From Chiloscyllium plagiosum (lineage: Eukaryota), in the NCBI RefSeq assembly GCF_004010195.1, contig NW_025215227.1, positions 1 through 64,000 of the forward strand: a stretch of 64,000 nt of DNA. Direction: 5' to 3'. The notes beneath the pieces were generated by a model. It was given only the letters and a program-made list of their open reading frames with translations. It searched no databases and was not told the origin of the DNA. Below, in pieces: positions 55,041 to 64,000 of this stretch; the stretch's first letter is position 1; each line of letters starts with the position of its first letter. Both the position numbers and the translations under genes were made by a program.

Positions 55041-55043
55041 ATG
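55041..55043 (+). CDS. PSMA1: Proteasome subunit alpha type-1, coding part of exon 1 (initiator ATG only)
   Basis: gcagcaaaATG|GTAGGT within a CpG-rich patch. A at -3; phase-0 join to exon 2 gives MFRNQYDNDVTVWSPQ. Confidence 0.8.
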
Positions 55044-55344
55044 GTAGGTTTAGTAGAGAAGTTGCCAGTACACCTATATGAAGCACAATGTGGCCAGTTC
55101 ACGGCTTTGCTTATAATCTCATGTGCGATTCGGCCAGTGGGCTGCGGCTTTCATTTTGTGCTTGTTCCTCCTCCCGGGGCTGCATGTTTCGTGCCGAGTC
55201 ATGTTGTTAGAAATGGATTTTAGGCCCGACTCCAGGCCCCGGTTCAATCCCTTCCGCGTTGCCGCTTTTCCGTAGCTGAGGATGAGCGGCTGCTTCACTC
55301 CGCACTGGGGACTGGGATGGAAGAAAGGGGCGCCTTGACTTTTC

Positions 55345-55355
55345 ATGACTTAGCA
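55345..55355 (+). promoter_or_regulatory. Candidate antioxidant response element (CNC-sMaf site) in PSMA1 intron 1
   Basis: ATGACTTAGCA fits RTGACnnnGCA, 300 bp after the ATG of a proteasome gene. Confidence 0.5.
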
Positions 55356-56049
55356 GAAGTTGCCGGATCGAATCCGGCCTAGTCTCTGGGAGTTGATTGA
55401 CACAGGGCCTGGGAGATGGACAATCCCTTAGATGTTTTATTTAGTTTATAATTCTACACAGAGTTAATCTGATTTCATGACAGTTTAAACGGCTTGATGT
55501 GTGTGCAAGTAAAACCTGATTTAATAAGATATGCTGTTTCAAGGAAGTGAACGTAAGTCGATTTTAGAGAGGAAGGGAACTGTTAATACTTGAAGGACTC
55601 TGTTGAGACAGGATTGCTGCCTTATTCATTTTCGATTTGAGAGTATTTGTTTCTGTTCTTGTTTAGCACATTTTGATTCGTTTCGTAGAATATATCATCG
55701 AAGTTGTAATTACATAGTTTTCATCACACCTTCACTGTTTAATGAAGTACTTTTGGAGTGCAGAGATTTTTTTTGTAATTGGATGTCAATTATTTTTGCC
55801 GAACGTCCCACAATGCACTCAATGGGAATGCAAAACATTACAACTGCTGGAAATCTGAAACTTAAAAAAAAAATGCTTGAAGTAGTCAGGTCAGACAGTA
55901 TTTGTGAAGGGAGAAAATTATACTTCATTAATAAAATTTATAAAGATAGGTAATAGTTCAAATTTGACACGACATAAAGTGCAAACCTGATCAGCTTCTT
56001 CCCCTATAGATGACATTTTGAGGTATCTCAGTATACTTATAGTTAGTTA

Positions 56050-56490
56050 CAAGTTATAGATTCAGAATTTTTACAGCAAGGATGGAGGCTCTGCAGACCA
56101 TTATCTCCACAGGGGTCATCAGACATCCATCTTTTTAATCCCATTTTCAAGCACTTGACCCATAGTTGTGGCATTTCAAGTGCTCACCTAAGTAGTTCTG
56201 AAATGTCTTGAAGATTTCCATGTTTCCCATAAGAGGAAACCTCCTCTTTAGACCCTGTCAGACTCTTCAGGATCTTCACTGTTGCAATCACGTCCCTCTT
56301 ACCTTTCTAAACTCCAACAGATTCAAGCCTAGTCTGGTCAATCTTTCTTCGTAAAACAACCCACTCATTCTAGCTATCAGTTTAGTGAACTTTCTCTGAA
56401 CTGCTTCCCACACAGTTACATCCTTTCAAAGTAAGATGACCAGCACTGTGCACAGTATTCCACTTGAGACCTCACCCAAAGAGGAGCCAT
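56050..56490 (-). mobile_element. Old CR1 3' fragment in PSMA1 intron 1
   Basis: gaccagcactgtgcacagtattcc (reverse of EYCAQ.W) and a CR1-like tail. Confidence 0.65.
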
Positions 56491-58528
56491 AATAACTTGA
56501 GGAAAAAAGTCACTTTTTAAAATTGTGAAGCTATTGAATTTTCTGCCCAAAAAAATCCAGTTTATGCAAGGTTGCTTTGTTGATATTTTGATTGAAATGC
56601 TTTTTAAAAATGAGGGACTATAAGGTGATACAGCTGTATCTGACTTCTCCTTCCATGACCACCTTCATACCATATGTAGTTTTTTTGTGAGTAAATAAAC
56701 TCCTGCAAAGGAAACTAGCACTATAATCAATAGAGACGACTGCCTGTTTACCAGTAGATATTTGTCAGAGACAGTTCTTCACACTAAAGTTTATAGTTTC
56801 ATTGAAAATATTTTGTCCAATACATTCAGAAATTTGAAGTCAGCACAGAAAAAAAAATTCGAGTTGAAAAGGTTTTGGTTTGCAGCATGTGCTAATGCTC
56901 ATGGGATTAGTTCCCTGGCCCTTTTTCCTCCTCACACTAATTGAGTAAATGGATTCTTAGGACATAATTGCCCAGATTTTGTGGTCAGAGGTGAAGAAAT
57001 GATACGTCCCATTTGTTGCACAGTGCTCCTTAAAACATTTTTTGAGGAACAATTTCCATTTAATTGAGAGAATTTCCAGTTGAGCACCCCCTAGAGGGGA
57101 TCTGTGATGTATGTGAACTGGGCAAGCAACAGCAGGCTGTCTTTAATCAATTATATAGAAGGATCCTCACTGAGAAATGCATTCTAAACTAGTAAGTAAA
57201 ACTTTAGAATATTAATTCATTGTAAAATCATTAACAAAGTGAAAGTGAGGAAACAGAAATAAAATGTCAAGAAAGATCATTTAAATCCCTAATAAGTTAA
57301 ATTCTTAATGAGACTTCGCCATTGTTAAATTGTATTTTCAGTGCTGGAGAGGACATTTTATAGTAATTAAGACTTTCTACATTATTAAAAAATCATTTGC
57401 ACCTGAATCCACCAGCTCCATATTTTTCTAGTATTTAATGAGCAGCTAGTGGATATGAACCTGTGGGTATGTGGTGGCCTCCTACCTCTTTCGTGAATTT
57501 CCTCAATAAATCACTTGGTGAGGTATCGAGTGTAGTGCAGCTTGTGGAAGAGCAGGCAAGTTGGACAGCAACTTCTAAAACTTTCTGTTGAACCACACCT
57601 GTAGCTCCAGAAATTGCTGACTACTCTAAAATACATGCAAACTCTGGTTTACTGTTTTACTGAGCTAATAAAGTTGCTAATATTTACATTGAAGGATTGA
57701 ATTAGGTACACACTTAAATATGTTTTTGGCTACAAAGTCAGTACTGTATTATTTTCACAAGTAATTTGTTTGGGATATGTATTTAAGTGTGTAAATTTTG
57801 AGTTTGGACGCAATCTTACTCTGGAGAAAAGAGGAGTAAACTAATCATTTGGATTTTCATCTGTGTTGCTGTAGACTCAGGTTAGACAGTGATCTTATTT
57901 TTTAAGTTCCACGAAAATGAAACACATGAGCACTGCTTTTGATTTGTGTGTTAATCCAAGCATCATCTAGATTGCTTTGGATTCTGTCAGACAAGTCATT
58001 CTCTTTCAGAATTTTAGTGTTTGGGATTACACAGTTACTCTTGGAAACTGTACTTTCATATTGCCATACATAGTAAAAGCACATTTTCTTTATAACTTTT
58101 AGAATATTTCTCTGTGGAATATACTGGAACTCGCTTATTTTAAAAATGAAAACTAGTGTTTCAAATGATGGCTGCTGAGGCTAACATGCTCTGCGGATTG
58201 AAAACTTAATGCACCATCTCTCAGGCTGGCGTTTTCTAGCAATGTCACTACCCATCTCATGATGATCCAAAAGACATTTCCTGACTTAAATCGGCCTTGC
58301 TTTTGTCTATCAATGCAACAGTGAACTACACTCTTTTTCCTTCAGTGTGTTTGTGTGTGCAATGGATAAGTGAGTCAGTGTTTTATTTTCAGGATTAGCC
58401 TGTGAATAAATAATCCTGTTTTATTTAAAACTATACAAATCTTCTTGCTAGTTATTCAAATTGTCCATACTCTCACATCTTCCTCTTCAAAACATTGTTA
58501 ACAATCACTCAGTAGGTAATACTCCAAC

Positions 58529-58641
58529 AGGAGCAGCGCTTTGAAAACTAGAGCTTCCAAATAAGCTCTGTTGGACTATAACCTGGTGTTGTGTGATTTT
58601 TAACTTTGTCCACCCCATCCAGTACTAGCTCCCCCACTTCA
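58529..58641 (+). mobile_element. Family A PLE terminal fragment (single arm)
   Basis: Shares ctgttggactataacctggtgttgtgtgatttttaactttgt with other family A copies. Confidence 0.8.
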
Positions 58642-58775
58642 AAAATATACTAATTACATAGATGGCAGGGAGGAGGGGTTTCAGAAGTTATTTCTCACCT
58701 TGTCTGTCACAGGATATGTTAACAGTTATGATTGTTACTGGGCTAAACGGAATTAATAATGCCATGTAAAATGCA

Positions 58776-58985
58776 TGATTTGGAGATGCCGGTGTTGGAC
58801 TGGGGTGTACAAAGTTAAAAATCACACAGCACCAGTTATAGCCCAACAGGTTTAATTGGAAGCATACTAGCTTTCGGAGCGACGCTCCTTCATCAGGTGA
58901 TGAAGGAAGGAGCGTCGCTCCGAAAGCTAGTGTGCTTCCAATTAAACCTGTTGGACTATAACCTGGTGTTGTGTGATTTTTAACT
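58776..58985. mobile_element. Young fold-back PLE derivative (family A)
   Basis: 12-bp TSD ATGTAAAATGCA at 58764-58775 and 58986-58997. Palindrome 58813-58985. Minus-strand hammerhead motif at 58865-58899. Confidence 0.9.
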
Positions 58986-59578
58986 ATGTAAAATGCAAGC
59001 AGACTGAGGCTCTTTGGCCCCTTCAATCTCCTCCTTCTCCTCCTCCATTAAGTATCATTGCTGATCTTTTATGTTAATTCCACTTTCCCCACTCCCCATA
59101 TCTCTTGATTTGCTGAGAGATTAACAATATATTGATATTTGCCTGGGATATACACAATAGTAGAGCATTACAGCCCTCTGTTGTAAACCATTCTAGATAT
59201 TCATATTCACTGAGAAGAAAAAATTTCACTTCCTATTGGTCCTAAGTAAATGCTGCGTTACTGTGAGATGTTCTAATTTCTCAAGCTGGTGAACTAATGT
59301 GTACCTTGTCAAGCTCCTTCTGATCCTGTAAACATCAAGAAAATTACCTCTTATTCTTATAAATTTCAAAAGATATAGGCCCAAACTGGACTAATTATTC
59401 CTTTCCTGATTGGTGGGTTTGGACTGGGATCGTTAGTTAATCATTGTGAAATGTTGAAGGGAAATCAGTTTCAGTATCTTCACCTACTTCATTGGTCTGA
59501 GTGATATGCTGTGTTCATTTAAAAATCTTTATTTCTCTTTATTATTTATGTATGTTTTCTGTTTGCTTCTTCATATAG

Positions 59579-59623
59579 TTCCGTAATCAATATGACAACG
59601 ATGTCACGGTTTGGAGCCCACAG
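59579..59623 (+). CDS. PSMA1: Proteasome subunit alpha type-1, exon 2 (FRNQYDNDVTVWSPQ)
   Basis: Polypyrimidine tract, then TAG|TTC CGT AAT CAA TAT GAC AAC GAT GTC ACG GTT TGG AGC CCA CAG|GTAAGA. The peptide is the conserved PSMA1 N-terminus. Confidence 0.95.
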
Positions 59624-60169
59624 GTAAGAAAAGTTTTCTTTTGCCAAAATTTAGTCTCAAAGGTATCAATTAGACCACACCCACCAAAACACTACAATTA
59701 CCCAAGTATTTAAGACAGCCCTGCAGCTGTGAGAAATCTCTCTGAACTTCATGGCTGCTATTTCTTCTTCTGAGCTTGCAACCTCGTTCAGGCTCATGAA
59801 CCATAATTGGGAAACCTTGTTTTAGGGACATGTCCCAGACCATTTCACAGAAGCATAACTCAAAAAAAAATTTGACCCCGAGCTAACTAACAATTTGGAT
59901 GAGTGCCTCAGAGTTTGGTTGAAAGAGATTTTGAGAAGGAGCGAGGGGATAAAGATGTGAATTCCAGAGTTTAGGTCTTGGATGGTTGAAGTGATATCCA
60001 CTATTATTGGATCAAAGAGATTGGGGAAATCAGAAAGGGAAGCATAGGAAAAAATAAATCCATAGAGGATTTTAGCCATGTACCGTAACTATTTTGAGTG
60101 TACATGATTATGTTCAAATGTGCAACTCCTTTTTAATTCTTTTTTTGCATAGTCTGTTTGGACATTTTT

Positions 60170-61430
60170 CAAACAAAAACATAAAATGCTGGAGAAATAC
60201 AGTGGTTCTAACAACAACTGAGGAGAAAAATCAGAGTTAATGTTTCAAGTCCAGTGACATTTCATCAGAAGTGAATGCAGCTGGGACGCAATGGTGTTTA
60301 TGTTGATGACAGGCTTTGGAGGGTGGAAAGGAGTGTGTTGAACAGGTGAAGATGGTGCTCAGATTTGGGTAGGAAGTATTGAGAGGAGGAGAGAAGAGAA
60401 GCAGACACAGAAACTTGATGATAAGCTAGGAGAGAGAGAAATGCTGAATGGGTGCCGGCAGGAATGTGAACGGTTGAAAATAGATTTCTGTAGGGGTTGC
60501 TCCACCACCGTCACAGGACTTGGGGTGTGGAAGTGGGTTGCAGACTTGGAGGAAGGTGTTCATACTCTGAAATTATTACACTCAATGTTGAGTCTGAGGG
60601 CTGGAAGGTAAGTGAAGTGGATGATGAAATGTTCCTTTTCTAGCTTGCCTTGAGCTTTGCCTGAGCACTGTAGCAGTGCTGAGACAGAAATGTTGATATG
60701 AGAAGTTTGTGGTGTGTTGTAGTAGCAGGCCACTGGAAGCTTGGGTGTCAGTTTAATGGACTGTCCGGAGGGGTTCCATAAAGTGGTCACTCTATTCTAC
60801 ATTTCGCATTCCTAATACAAAGGAGATCACATTGTTAGCAGTGAGTACAGTAGACAAGATTCAATGAACTGCAGGTAAATCAGTGCTTTGTCTGGAAGAT
60901 GTGTCTGGATCTTTGACATTTAAGTGAGAGAAGGGAAATTGGCAAGTGTTGCATCTTCTCCTGTTGCATGGGAACGTGAGGAGATTTTGAGAATTGGGGA
61001 GAAGTGGACCACTGTGTCCCAAAGGAAACAATCTCTGCAGAATGCCAACAAAGGAGGAGGCGGTAGCAGAAATGGTGGCTTATGATTCTTGGATGCGAAG
61101 ACTGGTGGAGTAGAAAGTGAGCATACGGGGAAACCTGTTGTTGTGGCAGGGAAGGGATAAGGGCAGAAGGTGTGGGAAATGGTGCTGAGGACCTGTCAGC
61201 CATGGTAGTGAGGAATTCCTGGTTGAGGAAAACAGTGGACATGCCTGGTGACTGCATGTGGAAGGTGGTATCATGTGATAGAGAAACTGGGAAAATGGAA
61301 TGGAGTCCTTATAGGAAACAGTACAACAATGTCAAAATTGGGAAACTTTTGGCTTTGAGGCAGGAAGTTGCAGGACGAGAAGGGATTTGAGGTTGGAGAG
61401 GACAAACTGACATTGGAACATGGGGGTGAG
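60170..61430 (-). mobile_element. Decayed Penelope-like element (family C): ORF C-terminus and 3' end
   Basis: ORF 60560..60790 ends KLEKEHFIIHFTYLPALRLNIECNNFR, homologous to the ORF end at 1333-1500. Minus-strand CTGATGAaatgtcactggacttGAAAc at about 60240-60270. Confidence 0.7.
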
Positions 61431-61439
61431 AATTGAGAG

Positions 61440-61563
61440 CTGTATTCCTGATGACAAAACGTCGATTTTACTGCTCCCCGGATGCTGCCTGAACTGCTGT
61501 GCTTTTCCAGCACCACTAATCCAGAATCTGGTTTCCAGCATCTGCAGTCATTGTTTTTACCCC
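61440..61563 (+). mobile_element. Family B PLE terminal fragment with stem-II-deleted hammerhead
   Basis: 14-bp TSD GTGAGAATTGAGAG at 61426-61439 and 61564-61577; contains ttcCTGATGAcaaaACGTCgatt. Confidence 0.85.
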
Positions 61564-62269
61564 GTGAGAATTGAGAGACCAATATAATTCAGGAACCAAT
61601 GTAATTCAGTGAGTGCAGATGATGGAAATAGTGTATATTAGGATGCACGGAGCAATGTTTGCCATGAGCTTCAGAAGATTTATAGAGAATGGAAGATATG
61701 AGACTGACCAAGAAAAGATTGGAACATTGCTGATAAAAGGTAACAAAAACATTGAGAGCAGCAGATAAGAGGTAGAAGCGAAGGTCAATCATGTGAGGAA
61801 GGAAGGAAGTAGTTGATATGATCGAAAGGTTATTGGATTAAAAGATCTATTCAGTTAAACAGGATTATAACATTCTGAATGATTTGGTTCAGCCTACAAA
61901 GTTAATACAGAAATTATGGTTTGGGTTAACTGTTTTTAGTTCAATTGGTGTTTTATTTGAGAGAAATGTGGTGCAATCCTGAATGGATGCCTGACAAAAC
62001 AGACAGTAGAAAGGTTGAAACAAATGGTGAGGTAGTGTTAGGTCTCCTAAGCTAACGATCTGTATTTAAGTGATTTTAGCTTTCGGTATAACAATAAGAA
62101 ATCAGAGGGAACTGAAATATAGACCTATCCTAATGCAATGGATGGAAGAAAAGCCATTGTGTTTTGGGTCAGAGAGGTAATTGGAGACATGCAGTAGCAG
62201 TCCCCAGCCAGCTTAGCATTAGAGGAGAAGTTTTGAAGGCTAATTGTGTCAAAGCTATAACACTACAAG

Positions 62270-62529
62270 GTTAAAAATCACACAACACCAGGTTATAGTC
62301 CAACAGGTTTAATTGGAAGCACACTAGCTTTCAGAGCAATGTGCCACAACCACCTGATGAAGGAGCAACCACCTGATGAAGGAGCAACCACCTGATGAAG
62401 GAGCAATCACCTGATGAAGGAGCGTCGCTCCGAAAGCTAGAGTGCTTCCAACTAAACCTGTTGGACTATACCCTGGTGTTGTGATTTTTAACTTTGTACA
62501 CCCCAGTCCAACACCAGCATCTCCGAATC
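62270..62529. mobile_element. Fold-back PLE derivative (family A) with 4x19-bp internal stutter
   Basis: 13-bp TSD ATAACACTACAAG at 62257-62269 and 62530-62542. Tandem CAACCACCTGATGAAGGAG at 62347-62422. Confidence 0.9.
62408..62442 (+). ncRNA. Minimal hammerhead ribozyme-like motif
   Basis: CAC-CTGATGA-A-GGAGC-GTC-GCTCC-GAA-AGCT-A-GAG: catalytic core, 5-bp stem II and palindromic AGCT stem III. Stem I has one mismatch relative to the CAC/GTG seen in other copies. Confidence 0.65.
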
Positions 62530-63509
62530 ATAACACTACAAGAGTTAGGAAGAAAATGGTGCACTAAATTACAGAACCAGAGCATATAATTTAAACTTTA
62601 CAGGAAGTTGTTTTATGCTGTGACTGGATAGAGGCCTGATTGTAATCTTTCAGACATGAACTTTCATGAAACAAACACAGATTTGTGTGATGACAACTTC
62701 TTGTAGGTATGTTTGCCTTGAAATATTCAAAGCCAGTGTTGACCCAGAATTACTGGACTTGGAATCATTGAAGACTGAATTTACAATCCAAGATGTGCAT
62801 TAGCATCCTGCTGGACTCCTGATGCACTGACGTTTTTGGAATTTCACAAAACGTTTAAAATGCTCACGGGCAATTTCCCTGCTCCCTGGAACCTTCCGAG
62901 AACATTTTCTGACTGAGGTAGTCAGGGAATGTTAGAAATTACTGAAAAATCATAGTGTTTATCTATATCTGTGCAACATGGACACTCACTAACCTCATTT
63001 TCCTCAGACCATCCCACTCCCAGACATACACTGATCTGATCTCCAAGTTATTTATGGTTTTTACTCTTTTTAGAGTGAAATTAGATCAGGGGTATTTCCT
63101 TGATAATTTCTGCTGAGCACAAATTAGTCAATTCTACAGTTTTGGGTTTGTAAGACATTGTTAACCTTTCCACAGGTGAAGAAGCTGCCAAGAACGTTGC
63201 CATCCTCTGAGTAACCTGTTTAAATTTAATAAGACTTAGCTCTGCTATGAATGACCCCAATAATTTAAGACTCCAGGATTTTTATGTTCAGAAAATACAC
63301 TTTTCCATTCAGGTTCATTTCAGTTGTAACAGAATAAAACTTAATTGATCTCATGTATTAAATTTACAACTTTATTAATGGACATTAACAATGTAATTTT
63401 GAGTATATGGCAGTCCAAAAGATATAATACTAAGTCCAATAAAATCCATTTTGATGTTATTTATAACCACTCAAAAATATCTTAGAACATCTAGCAATGT
63501 CTAACAATA

Positions 63510-63800
63510 AAATGTCTCTCTTTAGGAATCTGGGATGCAAGACATCAGGGCCTGGGGCCATTGTTATCTGCCTTTCGCCCCAATAGTTTGTCTAAAACTA
63601 TTGCAGTAATGGTGATGATACTTAATTCCTCCTCTGCATTCTTTAGTATTAATGGAATGTTTGAAGTATCTTCCATGACAAAGACTGATGCAAAATATCT
63701 ATTTAACTCCTCGTTTTCTCAGGAGTCTATGTCCACTTTGACTCTCGCTGCCCTTTTTTATTTCACCCTTATTCTTTTAATCTTAAACTTTTAATGAAGG
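63510..63800 (-). mobile_element. Decayed CR1 ORF2 fragment
   Basis: The reverse strand reads like ELNRYFASVF and ..GPRP.(PGPD). Confidence 0.6.
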
Positions 63801-64000
63801 ATTATTTTATCAGGAAAAATCTTTTAATGTTTTATGACTGAATATTTCTTTCTCCACTCCCTTTTTAATGTTCCAATCTTAAATTTTTAACGAACAATTC
63901 TTTTATCAGTAAAATGTTTCATTTTCTTAGATGGATATGTCTTTGACATCTTACTTATTCTTTTACCGCTTAGAAGAATCTTTTGTTAAAGATTTATCAG

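Larger units (their letters stand above)
54840..55400. promoter_or_regulatory. CpG-rich PSMA1 promoter, exon 1 and start of intron 1
   Basis: Local CpG enrichment around the ATG; inverted CCAAT (ATTGG) at 54864-54868. Confidence 0.7.

Noticed and set aside
55041..55223. 60-aa ORF MVGLVEK...
   Set aside because: PSMA1 initiator ATG read through into intron 1.
58776..58985. Classifying the short palindromes as MITEs
   Set aside because: TSD length is variable (10-20 bp), one end has an unpaired tail, centres vary, and the termini are linked to PLE ORF ends.
62347..62422. Short repeated units resembling a CRISPR array
   Set aside because: Head-to-tail with no spacers, in a eukaryotic context, and derived from the PLE hammerhead.
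63160..63220. Strong acceptor CCTTTCCACAG as possible PSMA1 exon 3
   Set aside because: Does not encode the expected GRIHQIEYAMEAVKQG; exon 3 is not seen in the window.

Overview
Vertebrate genomic DNA, AT-rich and very repeat-rich. It is probably a cartilaginous fish (shark), inferred from HE1-like tRNA SINEs and HER1-like CR1 LINEs. Two host genes lie head-to-head. PDE3B is on the minus strand, with coding exon 1 at 49456-48578; everything to its left is its large first intron. PSMA1 is on the plus strand, with an ATG-only coding part of exon 1 at 55041-55043 and exon 2 at 59579-59623. The rest is mostly decayed mobile DNA: CR1 LINEs, SINEs, Tigger/pogo-type elements, a Ty3/gypsy pol relic, a probable solo LTR and at least three families of Penelope-like element (PLE) derivatives. 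The most notable system is a set of short PLE insertions flanked by target-site duplications (TSDs), most of them fold-back (palindromic). They carry minimal hammerhead-ribozyme motifs: CUGA(U/A)GA-A-stem II-GAA followed by a 4-nt palindromic stem III. PLE hammerheads are a known class, and whether these particular families are described cannot be determined from the sequence. Other oddities include a perfect 101-bp duplication upstream of PDE3B, a perfect 63-bp inverted repeat, a 230-bp diverged inverted pair and a CR1 with a twin-priming-like inversion. Repeat boundaries were read by eye and are approximate unless a TSD is quoted.
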